32,000 nucleotides of DNA, from NCBI GenBank assembly GCA_049606355.1, contig JBMYVL010000002.1, positions 150,001-182,000 of the forward strand, given 5' to 3'. The notes under the pieces are model-generated. The model had not been told where the DNA came from. It was given only the letters and a program-made list of their open reading frames with translations, and did no database searches. Numbering within the stretch: the first letter of the stretch is position 1; each line of letters begins with the position of its first letter. The position numbers and the translations under genes are program-made. This stretch comes from Opitutales bacterium. Its GTDB lineage: Bacteria; Verrucomicrobiota; Verrucomicrobiia; Opitutales; Coraliomargaritaceae. Positions 9,907 to 18,443 of the stretch are shown here, one piece after another.

Positions 9907-9997
9907 AATAGACGCGTCAGAAAAACAGCTTCGAGCGACGAAACAAGCTCGAAAAAAGCTCGTGTTCATTTCGCATTTTATACGACCCTACACCTCG

Positions 9998-10894
9998 ATG
10001 CTGTCCGACCATATCATCGATTGCCACACGCACTGCTTTCCTGAGGCGGCTAGCACTGACCCGCACGCGTGGGCACAGGCTCAAAATGAAAGTCATTGGC
10101 TGAAGCTTGTCGCCCCTGAAGGTCGCCCATCGATACAGGGCTGGGCCAATATGGACGAACACAGGGAGGCGATGAAGGCAGCGGGCGTCAGTCGATCGGT
10201 ATTGTTGGGCTGGTACTGGGAGAACGAAGTCACATGTCGCTGGCAGAATGAAGCAATTGCCGCTTGGTTAGGAAAATGCCCCGACCGCTTTATCGGCTAC
10301 GCTGCAATTCAGCCGAATACAAGCGCCCCTAAAGTCATTCAGCAGTTGGAAGACGCCCGAGAGCTCGGCTTCTGCGGGGTTGGCGAACTTCACATGGGCG
10401 TACAAGGATTCAACTCGCATAGCCTAGGTTGGCACGCATTGGCAGAATGGTGTACGGCCCACAATTGGCCAGTCAACCTACACGTGACGGAAGCCGCGGG
10501 TGTCCCACAGCCCGGCAGCTGCCAGACACCGCTCAACGAATTTGTTAACATGGCCATCGCCAGTCCAGACTTACGTCTGATTTTAGCCCACTGGGGCGGC
10601 GGTCTAGCATTTTATGAGCACAACCCACGCCTTCGTAAAATCCTAAAAAATGTTTACTACGACACCGCTGCCAGTCCGCTGCTCTACCAGCCCTCTGTTT
10701 TTCGAAGTATCATCAATAGCGTCGGTGCCGATAAAGTACTCTATGGTTCGGACTATCCCCTTCGGGTTTACCCTAAACGACAAAAAAAGCCCGATATGTC
10801 GGGCTTTATAGATAGTATTTTCAATGAAACGGATTTAGCCGAAGCGGAGCTTCGCAAGATATTTTTTAAAAACTTTCAAAGACTAAGTACTTAG
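9998..10894 (+). CDS. Amidohydrolase-2 family metal-dependent hydrolase (TIM barrel)
   Basis: It has the N-terminal metal-ligand motif IIDCHTHCF, a later H.TE and ILAHWGGG, and GSDYP near the C-terminus. I placed the start at ATG 9998, because the ORF-track start at 9896 overlaps aspS. The substrate is unknown. Confidence 0.8.
   Translation: MLSDHIIDCHTHCFPEAASTDPHAWAQAQNESHWLKLVAPEGRPSIQGWANMDEHREAMKAAGVSRSVLLGWYWENEVTCRWQNEAIAAWLGKCPDRFIGYAAIQPNTSAPKVIQQLEDARELGFCGVGELHMGVQGFNSHSLGWHALAEWCTAHNWPVNLHVTEAAGVPQPGSCQTPLNEFVNMAIASPDLRLILAHWGGGLAFYEHNPRLRKILKNVYYDTAASPLLYQPSVFRSIINSVGADKVLYGSDYPLRVYPKRQKKPDMSGFIDSIFNETDLAEAELRKIFFKNFQRLST
10782..10807 (-). terminator. Intrinsic terminator for mpl, embedded in the 3' coding end of the convergent amidohydrolase gene
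   Basis: The minus strand reads AAAGCCCGA-CATA-TCGGGC followed by TTTTTTT. The stem is 10786-10794 paired with 10799-10807, and the A7 run at 10782-10788 on the plus strand supplies the U-tract. It lies about 76 nt downstream of the mpl stop. Confidence 0.6.
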
Positions 10895-12325
10895 TGAATG
10901 TGGCTCTGTGCGACTCTCTCGCAATAAGGCCACTGTTTTGTGCTGAATGCCATCAAACGATCCGTTCGAAAAGAAAACGACTAAGCCACCCGCGTTCGCC
11001 GCAACAATACCTTTAATACCGTCAAGTAATGTTTTATGGCAGGAATAGGCATTCGCGGTACGCCCAGCAGCATTCAATTCAGCAGCCATTCGCATCGTAT
11101 CCAAACGACCTTCGGGGTCTAGGCGCTCAGCGCGATGCACTGGAGCAAAAGACACCGCATCCGCTTGGCGAAGCGCCTCTGTGAACTGATCTTGAAAGAG
11201 TGCCTTGACTGCAGTGTTGCTGCGCGGTTCAAAACAAGCGTGAATATAACGTTCCGGGTATGCGGATCGCAACGCTTCCAATGCACTAGCAACTGCAGTC
11301 GGGTGATGTGCAAAATCCTCAACGACCACCCAATCGTTGGATACGTACAAAATATCTTGGCGACGCTGCACACCATTGAAATTGGCTAAGGCCTCGAGTG
11401 AAAAGTCCGTCGGTTGCACACAACCGCTTGCTAATGCTGCAGCCAGCGCAGCCATCGCGGCATTGCGGGCATTAAAAAGACCATGCAATCGCCAATCTAT
11501 GCGTGCCCATCGTTCGCCTTTCCAAACAAGCTCAAAACTCGCACCCTGAGGGCCATCCGTGAAATCACTTAAAATTAAGTCGTTATTTGGACCTATGCCT
11601 ACGCGAATCACCTTTGTCCAAGGCGCCGGCAATAATGCAGTTAAATGATCGTCATCCCCATTTACCAGTGCTGCTCCAGAACTTGGGATAATGCGAAGAA
11701 AATGCTGAAAGCTGCGCTGCACATCCTGCAGATCACGGAAAATATCCGCATGGTCGAATTCTAGATTGCCCAAAACCGCAATCTGCGGCCGATAGTGAAT
11801 GAATTTACCGCGCTTATCAAAAAAGGCACTGTCGTATTCATCCCCTTCTATCACGAAAGCTTTCCCAGCGCCCAGTTGCGCACCCGCTGGCAAATCACGC
11901 GGCACACCGCCAATTAACCAGCCGGGCTCCATTCCTGCATGCTCGAGCAGAAATGCGGTAATTGTGGATGTTGTCGTTTTGCCATGTGTTCCCGCGATAA
12001 CCACTGGGCAACGATCCTGTAATAGCCTGTCATGGATGAGTTGCGGCAGCGATCCATAGGATATCGATGCCTGATTGAGCAACCACTCAACCTCCTCATT
12101 GCCGCGACTCATCGCATTACCAACAACTACATGGTCCGGCTCCAAACGAGCCAATCGATCGGCATCAAAACCCTCAAAGATCTCGATGCCCGCATCAGCG
12201 AGGACGGTCGACATCGGCGGATAGATGCCTGCATCGGCACCACAAACAGAATGACCCTGAGCTTTGAGTAGTCGCGCAGCGTTACCCATCGCGGTACCGC
12301 AGATACCCATAAAATAAATCCGCAT
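10883..12325 (-). CDS. mpl: UDP-N-acetylmuramate:L-alanyl-gamma-D-glutamyl-meso-diaminopimelate ligase (murein peptide ligase)
   Basis: The N-terminus MRIYFMGICGTAMG...GADAGIYPPMST.L...GIE matches E. coli Mpl. It also has the P-loop AGTHGKTTT, EGDEYDSAFFDKR.KF.HY, LEFDHADIF and DFAHHPTA. Confidence 0.93.
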   Translation of the reverse strand: MRIYFMGICGTAMGNAARLLKAQGHSVCGADAGIYPPMSTVLADAGIEIFEGFDADRLARLEPDHVVVGNAMSRGNEEVEWLLNQASISYGSLPQLIHDRLLQDRCPVVIAGTHGKTTTSTITAFLLEHAGMEPGWLIGGVPRDLPAGAQLGAGKAFVIEGDEYDSAFFDKRGKFIHYRPQIAVLGNLEFDHADIFRDLQDVQRSFQHFLRIIPSSGAALVNGDDDHLTALLPAPWTKVIRVGIGPNNDLILSDFTDGPQGASFELVWKGERWARIDWRLHGLFNARNAAMAALAAALASGCVQPTDFSLEALANFNGVQRRQDILYVSNDWVVVEDFAHHPTAVASALEALRSAYPERYIHACFEPRSNTAVKALFQDQFTEALRQADAVSFAPVHRAERLDPEGRLDTMRMAAELNAAGRTANAYSCHKTLLDGIKGIVAANAGGLVVFFSNGSFDGIQHKTVALLRESRTEPHSLST

Positions 12326-12427
12326 AACTTTAAATCGCGCCTGCGGGAATAAACTTCAAGCGGGAACTGCAGAGGGCATCAGGTAAATCTCTTAAAGGTC
12401 CGGTATGTCACGTGACTTGCCGCTACT

Positions 12428-13882
12428 TCAACGTGCCCCAGAGCCGAATAGTACGACCCGTAAAGTGCGTGCCAGTATCAATACATCCAACCAAAGTGAC
12501 CAATTCCGTACATAATAAGAATCCCATCGCTCAAAGCCATCGTTACCCGTATCGCTCCTCCCGGACACTTGCCAAAGTCCAGTCATTCCTGGCCTAACGC
12601 GTTGACGCATCCGACGCACAGTTTCAGACAGTTGCTCATTATGATAGCTCGGCAAAGGACGTGGACCGATCAATGACATTTCACCGCGTAACACATTAAA
12701 CAACTGAGGCAGCTCATCGAGTGAACTTCTGCGCAACAAACGACCGAGGCGAGTGATCCTAGGGTCTTTTTTCAGTTTACAAAACTTTTCCCACTCAGCG
12801 CGCAAGGCAGGGTCAGTCTTTAGTTTAGACTGCAATACGGCTTCGGCGTCGGGAACCATCGTGCGGAATTTCAAGGTCTCGAAATATTTACCATCGTGGC
12901 CAATTCGTGCCTGCTTAAATAATGGGTTGGAGCCATCTTCCAACCAGATCAAAGCTCCGACCAAAAGACATATCGGGCACCAAATAGGGAGTGTGAAATA
13001 GATGAGGAACAATTCAAAACTGCGCTTTAGCAAACATTTACCCGGATCTAATAAATTATTCGACAGCTCAATACTGGGCAGCCCGCTAACATTACGAACA
13101 GACGCCCATAGCCATGGTGTATGAATTAAATGTGGAACAATCATCACACGTAGGTAATTCGCGAGAGACGTCTCCATTAATTCAGTAATTCGAACACTTC
13201 CAACTTTGGAAATAGTTAAAATTGCAATCGGCACATCATCTACAACCAACTCAGTTGTTCCTGCGACAGGAATGCCGCAGATGCGTGTATTTAATAGCTG
13301 TGGGTCATCATCGAAGATACAGACCGGATAGTAACCCTGCCCGCGCTCGTCTTGTAAACATTGAGCTAGACGTCGACCCGCATGACCGCCTCCGTAGATC
13401 GCCACGGGCACACCCCACATTCGATACCGAATTAATAGACGCTGAATTAGCAGTCCCAAAAGAGGTATTGTGACAATAGCGAAACCATACGCCAAAGCGA
13501 GTAAGGGCCATGAGGCTCTTGTAGCTCCTCCCGTGAGGTAAATAATTGCCCCGCAGAGCCCGAAAATAACCGAAGTCAGAATAATCTGCCGTCGTAAGAT
13601 TTCGGAAGATGTAAGCCCCCACCCCGGCACAAGCTCCCAAACTGCACTACCTATGACCCAAAAGAATGGCAACGACCAGGCGGCCGGAGGTGCACGGAAG
13701 TCGCCCGAAAACCAACCGTACAACAAAACTGCACATCCACAGGCGAGTCCGAGGCCCGCAAGATGCGCAAGGCTCAGTAAGAGCGCGTTAATGAATAATC
13801 GCCTGAAGAAGCTTATTCCGACCTTAATTTTGGTCCTCAGCAGCCACTTCTGCGGTGCATGTTTAATCTGCATCATTAACAA
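12428..13882 (-). CDS. Polyprenyl-phosphate glycosyl-1-phosphate transferase (large WbaP/CpsE-type PHPT), the initiating enzyme
   Basis: It has multiple N-terminal TM segments and a central Rossmann-like region (VAIYGGGHAGRRLA). The C-terminal bacterial sugar-transferase domain carries KFRTM, DELPQL.NVL.GEMSL(I)GPRP and GLWQVSGR. Confidence 0.85.
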   Translation of the reverse strand: MLMMQIKHAPQKWLLRTKIKVGISFFRRLFINALLLSLAHLAGLGLACGCAVLLYGWFSGDFRAPPAAWSLPFFWVIGSAVWELVPGWGLTSSEILRRQIILTSVIFGLCGAIIYLTGGATRASWPLLALAYGFAIVTIPLLGLLIQRLLIRYRMWGVPVAIYGGGHAGRRLAQCLQDERGQGYYPVCIFDDDPQLLNTRICGIPVAGTTELVVDDVPIAILTISKVGSVRITELMETSLANYLRVMIVPHLIHTPWLWASVRNVSGLPSIELSNNLLDPGKCLLKRSFELFLIYFTLPIWCPICLLVGALIWLEDGSNPLFKQARIGHDGKYFETLKFRTMVPDAEAVLQSKLKTDPALRAEWEKFCKLKKDPRITRLGRLLRRSSLDELPQLFNVLRGEMSLIGPRPLPSYHNEQLSETVRRMRQRVRPGMTGLWQVSGRSDTGNDGFERWDSYYVRNWSLWLDVLILARTLRVVLFGSGAR

Positions 13883-14039
13883 ACGGCAGTGGTGCCGCCG
13901 AGCCAGCCCTTGAGGGGCGATTTGTAAATACTAGGCTACCAATCAGTTAAGCGCCAGTAAATGGGATCAGTCGAACACTTACTGGCTTTACGAAAGACAC
14001 TGAGTCGAGACATGGAGATTCGCGAAACCCATTCCCCAT

Positions 14040-16544
14040 ATGTATCAATCGACCCCTATCCAAATATCCACCCTACTCCTCATTGTATTTTTCAATCTTC
14101 AAAACATACAGGCCTTACCCTATTACCAACCCGAACCGATAGAGCTTCCTGAGGCGCAACGCATCGTCTCTGTATCGAACGATAGCGAGCTAGTGAACGC
14201 GATTGATAATGCCCTACCGGGAGATCGCATCGTACTTGCGGATGGCAACTACTCCGGTATTAATATCGTTGAACTTAAGGGTACGCCAAGTGCACCGATT
14301 GTATTTGTCGCCGCAAACAAACGACAGGCAATCATATCCGGCTCAAAAAACGGACGGAACATCCGACTATCTGGCTGTGAATATTTGCACTTTTATAGCC
14401 TACGCCTGACTGACGCGGATGTTTGGGGACTCACTATGGGGCCGGCTTACTCTACTGATACCAATAGTCTCGGCTGCCACTTCATGCGAGTCGTCGATTG
14501 CGAAATTGACCATGCCGGCCAAGAGCTGCTGAAGGTCAACGGCAACAGTTCAAATATCGAAATCATTGGCAACAAACTTCATCATACAGGGATGAGTGGT
14601 GGCAATAAGCCCTATGCCGAAGGAATATATATTGGAGATGGGGGCACTGGGAATGATCGCTCACATGATATTTTGATACAGGGAAACCACATTCATAATA
14701 TTGGTAATGACAATGCATGGGGTGAAGCCATCGACCTAAAAGTTAAAATATACAACATTACAATCGTTGATAATCTAATAGAAGACGTAATCGTTCACTC
14801 TCAGGGAGCAATTACAGTGCTCATAAATAATCACAATTATCCTAGTGGTGCCACAGACCCAAATATAATGATTGCTCGCAATGTTATCCGCAAGGTACGC
14901 CACCATGGTTCGGGTTGGAATGGAGCCGGCATTTCGGCAGGATCAAATGGCGTGAGTATCATCAATAATATCATTTGGGATACCGATGAATCTGCGCTTA
15001 CTGTTACAAAGAATGCGGCGAACACAAGTGGAGGATTTCATGTCTACCATAATACTTTCTGGAATGATGTAATCATCAATCAAAGTGGGCTCGGTGGTGC
15101 AAATTCTCCGGTTGAAGCCATCCTCAGGAATAACTTAATTAAAGGCCTAGGGGGTAGCTCTCATGATTTTTCAGCTGTAGATAGTGATTGTGTTGGACCG
15201 CTTGAATTTAGTGCTATCGCTAACACCTACACGGGGTCTGGATTTGAACTAAATTCAAATTCTATGGCAATAGGAGCCGGGAGCTCACTCGACTCGGTCA
15301 GTTACGATCTGACGGGTAAGCTACGCCCGAGTGGCACACCTAGCATGGGGGCACTTGAGTTCCTCGGGGAAGATGTACCACCATCAATTTTATATGTCGT
15401 TTCATTTTCTAGCTCTATCGGCGGAATAATTGAGGGCACCTTGGCCCAGGAAGTCGTCGCAGGTGGCAGCACCACGAGCGTCAACGCTCTACCTGAAGCA
15501 GGCTATACCTTTATTGGTTGGAGTGGTTCATACACGGGAGATGAAAACCCACTTCGCATTCCTGAAGTCACCGAAGACCTAAGTATTACCGCTAACTTCG
15601 CCCAAATCGAAGAGTTTGAAACACCCACGTCTCTTTATGCAATTAACTGCGGGGGACTCGCCTACAGTGGATCAACCGGAATCAACTATCTCGCAGATAG
15701 TTATTACACTGGAGGGAAAATCGCGACGCGTGCGAATCCAATTGCAGGTACAGTTGACGATTTCGTGTACCAATCCGAACGCTATGGTACATTTACGTAC
15801 TCCTTCCCTTTGGCAAATGGTTCGTACACTGTGATACTGCAGTTTTCAGAAACCTATTGGAACGCGCCTTCAGCACGCCAAGTAAGCTGCATGGTTGAAG
15901 GTAGCACAGCTATCTACGATATGGACATCTACGATATTGTGGGGCCGAATACCCGCTATGATGTGTATATCCCGACAAACGTTCAAGATGGTGCACTGGA
16001 TCTCAATTTTACCGCATCTATCGATAAAGCTAAGCTATCGGGGATTGTAATCCAAACTCCAAGCATCAACACGTTCACGATTGATACGGATTCTGATGGA
16101 CTGCCGGATAATTATGAACTGCGCTATGGACTACAGCCACATATTGCAGGCGATAGCACAATCGATACAGATGGAGACGGCTTAAATAATCTATTTGAGT
16201 TTGCCTTCAACTTAGATCCTACAGACCCAAGTGATGCGATTGGATGCACTTCGGAATTAGTACTGCTAAGTAATGAGGTCAGCCCAAGGTTTCAAATGAG
16301 TTATCGCCGAAGAGTCGGCGGTAGTGGAAATGCGATTCAAGGCTATCAAGTGGATGGAATTCACTATCAAATACTCTGCAATCAATCACTGGACGGGCAA
16401 TGGCAGGATAGCACGCATTTCATGGAAGAACTGAGCGGTACAACACCGCATGGCGATGGTACAGAGACTGTTCACGTACGAAGCATTGTCAGTACTGAAG
16501 ATACGCCCGCGCTGTTTCTGAAACTGGCACTCTCTGCCCCCTAA
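14040..16544 (+). CDS. Secreted multidomain protein. Domains are a parallel beta-helix (PL6/chondroitinase-B-like N-terminus), a Listeria-Bacteroides-type repeat, a malectin-like carbohydrate-binding domain, two TSP3-like Ca-binding motifs and a C-terminal beta domain.
   Basis: It has a signal-like N-terminus. The segment VSVSNDSELVNAIDNALPGDRIVLADGNYSG...GT.SAPIVF.A follows the chondroitinase B/PL6 N-terminal pattern. Repeated beta-helix turns are present (IIGNKLHH, ILIQGNHIHNIG, ITIVDNLIE, IINNIIWD). Other motifs are YTFIGWSG, the malectin-like YAINCGG...Y.AD.YYTGG...YQSERYG...NGSYTV.LQFSE, and DTDSDGLPDNYE / DTDGDGLNNLFEF. Confidence 0.8.
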   Translation: MYQSTPIQISTLLLIVFFNLQNIQALPYYQPEPIELPEAQRIVSVSNDSELVNAIDNALPGDRIVLADGNYSGINIVELKGTPSAPIVFVAANKRQAIISGSKNGRNIRLSGCEYLHFYSLRLTDADVWGLTMGPAYSTDTNSLGCHFMRVVDCEIDHAGQELLKVNGNSSNIEIIGNKLHHTGMSGGNKPYAEGIYIGDGGTGNDRSHDILIQGNHIHNIGNDNAWGEAIDLKVKIYNITIVDNLIEDVIVHSQGAITVLINNHNYPSGATDPNIMIARNVIRKVRHHGSGWNGAGISAGSNGVSIINNIIWDTDESALTVTKNAANTSGGFHVYHNTFWNDVIINQSGLGGANSPVEAILRNNLIKGLGGSSHDFSAVDSDCVGPLEFSAIANTYTGSGFELNSNSMAIGAGSSLDSVSYDLTGKLRPSGTPSMGALEFLGEDVPPSILYVVSFSSSIGGIIEGTLAQEVVAGGSTTSVNALPEAGYTFIGWSGSYTGDENPLRIPEVTEDLSITANFAQIEEFETPTSLYAINCGGLAYSGSTGINYLADSYYTGGKIATRANPIAGTVDDFVYQSERYGTFTYSFPLANGSYTVILQFSETYWNAPSARQVSCMVEGSTAIYDMDIYDIVGPNTRYDVYIPTNVQDGALDLNFTASIDKAKLSGIVIQTPSINTFTIDTDSDGLPDNYELRYGLQPHIAGDSTIDTDGDGLNNLFEFAFNLDPTDPSDAIGCTSELVLLSNEVSPRFQMSYRRRVGGSGNAIQGYQVDGIHYQILCNQSLDGQWQDSTHFMEELSGTTPHGDGTETVHVRSIVSTEDTPALFLKLALSAP

Positions 16545-16573
16545 AAGGCACACTCAAACCCGATTAGCACTCA

Positions 16574-17401
16574 TCAGTACGGTCTACATCGGTGAACGAT
16601 TGAACATAGCCACTGGTGCAAGAATAAACAAACAAACCGCGGATTATGCCTTAAATAGCGCCGCCACAATCGTTGCGGCTCCATCAGCAAACGAAAAAAC
16701 CACTCTAGCCCACACCTTTGCAGAAAAGGGGGTGCCTGGCGCACACGGCCCGTGTGAAAGTCAAATGCAGCACCGACTCCTAGCATTGGCATCGATAGAC
16801 GCCCCTTGTGAGCAGCCATCCATTTTTCCTGCTTGGGGCACCCGATACCCACAAACAGGATTTGCACCTTCGAGTCGATAATTTGCTGGGTGTATGCCTT
16901 ATCTTCCTGGGCAGTTAGCGGGCGAAATGGTGGCGCAATTGCACACGCGAGTTGTAGATTTGGGAAGCGCTGTTTGAGCACCTGCTTAAACTGCTGCAAG
17001 CTGTTTGTCGTTCCTCCATAAAGTCCAACTGCCAATCCACGCTTCTCAGCGCCGGATAAAACCGCCCAGGTTAAATTGGGGCCATAAACACGTGTAGCCG
17101 TACGTACTCCATAGAGGCGTAAGGCCCAAACTAAGGGCATGCCATCCGCTACGACCAAATCAGCGCCATTCACAAGTCTTTGGAAATTCCGATTATCCCA
17201 GCTCTCCATCACCATATGCACGTTGGACACACAGACATACTTAGACAACCGATGCTGTGCCCAAGCGAGTACGATACTCGTTGTTTCGGCATAAGTGGTC
17301 GCATCGACGCGTTGTCCTAATAACTGAATCGATTTCAATTCACCGCCTCTTGCACCTGTAGAATCGAATCGGCACTGAAATGGGATGCGATCAGATGCCA
17401 C
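16574..17401 (-). CDS. WecG/TagA/CpsF-family glycosyltransferase (GT26)
   Basis: GT26 hallmarks are present: ...ADGMPLVWA...G....RV.G, ...ILFVG.G.PKQE.WM.... and GVGAAFDFH.G....AP...Q..GLEW.FRL..EP.RLW.RY. Confidence 0.85.
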   Translation of the reverse strand: MASDRIPFQCRFDSTGARGGELKSIQLLGQRVDATTYAETTSIVLAWAQHRLSKYVCVSNVHMVMESWDNRNFQRLVNGADLVVADGMPLVWALRLYGVRTATRVYGPNLTWAVLSGAEKRGLAVGLYGGTTNSLQQFKQVLKQRFPNLQLACAIAPPFRPLTAQEDKAYTQQIIDSKVQILFVGIGCPKQEKWMAAHKGRLSMPMLGVGAAFDFHTGRVRQAPPFLQRCGLEWFFRLLMEPQRLWRRYLRHNPRFVCLFLHQWLCSIVHRCRPY

Positions 17402-17422
17402 GAATGAGTATAGGCTACGGCC

Positions 17423-18340
17423 CTATTTACCTGTGGCTAAAGGCCGCATCAATTTAGCCAAAAGCCAGCGTACCCTCACCGAAAAGGACTTGCTGCATAA
17501 TTGGTCCTCGTACCACTGATTGATGGTAGGATCGATACGCAGATGATGCGGGTGCCGCAGTGGAAAGTCTTGCTCCGCTAGCTGCATCTCACGCTCACGT
17601 AAATGCGCAGTCTGCGTCGCATTATCGCAGAACCCAATATTTTTAGTTAGGTTTTGTCGCGGCACAATCGTACACCCCCCAACTTTCCATATACTCAGCA
17701 GATAACGGTACGCCCAGGAATCACGCTTCCCACGATCGACCAAGCAGAACATAACCCACCAATACAGGCAGGCACGGCGGATACGCAGTACGCGTTTACA
17801 GATAGCATGCCACTGCGTACGGTCGCGCCATGCCCCCATCAATGGATCGTAGTTAGACCAAGCGCGTCTCCATGTAGCCCATCCCCAACAATCAAAATAA
17901 TCAGTGAAGCCATAGTCCGCTTGAATACGCAAAGGATGCGGCGAGCCCTGCTGGCCTGAAATTGCATGTACTTCGGAGTTGTCCGCATATCGATCCAGTA
18001 ACTCATCGCAAAAGCTAAAAAAACTAGGGTGTGGTTGAATGTCGTCCTCCAATATGATCCCTGCCCCACAATCATTCAAAAACCATGTGATTCCCTCAGC
18101 CATATTACGGCAACAACCTAAATTCGTCCTACGGTACAGGCGCTTAACTTCACAATCCCATGGAATTGTATCGAGTAGTGCACGCACTTGGCTGACTCGT
18201 TCTGCATCCCCGGGGACCTGCGCGCGCGGCCCGTCGCACAATATCCATATACGTCTAGGTGCTACGGGCATCAATGCTTCCAGCTGACGCCGTGTCGTAA
18301 AAGGGCGATTATAGTGCACGAGTAATACGGGACGATTCAT
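17423..18340 (-). CDS. GT-A fold glycosyltransferase (nucleotide-diphospho-sugar transferase, GNT-I-like)
   Basis: The N-terminus begins a Rossmann-like strand (PVLLVHYNRP), followed by ILCDGPR, the acidic motif ILEDDI, and a Trp-rich C-terminal half (CWGWATWRRAW). The family call is tentative. Confidence 0.6.
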   Translation of the reverse strand: MNRPVLLVHYNRPFTTRRQLEALMPVAPRRIWILCDGPRAQVPGDAERVSQVRALLDTIPWDCEVKRLYRRTNLGCCRNMAEGITWFLNDCGAGIILEDDIQPHPSFFSFCDELLDRYADNSEVHAISGQQGSPHPLRIQADYGFTDYFDCWGWATWRRAWSNYDPLMGAWRDRTQWHAICKRVLRIRRACLYWWVMFCLVDRGKRDSWAYRYLLSIWKVGGCTIVPRQNLTKNIGFCDNATQTAHLREREMQLAEQDFPLRHPHHLRIDPTINQWYEDQLCSKSFSVRVRWLLAKLMRPLATGK

Positions 18341-18443
18341 CTCAATCTAATGCTTAGAACGGAATCATTTCACGACTAAGAGCTCCGCGCATGCGATGCA
18401 TTGAATCCTTGTCGCTCAGTTTACGCCTGCGCTTGACATGCTG

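Noticed and set aside
9896-9997. N-terminal extensions of the amidohydrolase ORF (9896-9997) and of aspS (9907-9969) that overlap each other on opposite strands.
   Set aside because: Both extensions encode non-conserved, basic, low-complexity peptides. Internal ATGs at 9998 and 9906 give N-termini that match the family patterns (IIDCHTHCF and MKRTHHCSQLR...GWV) and leave a 91-nt divergent promoter gap.
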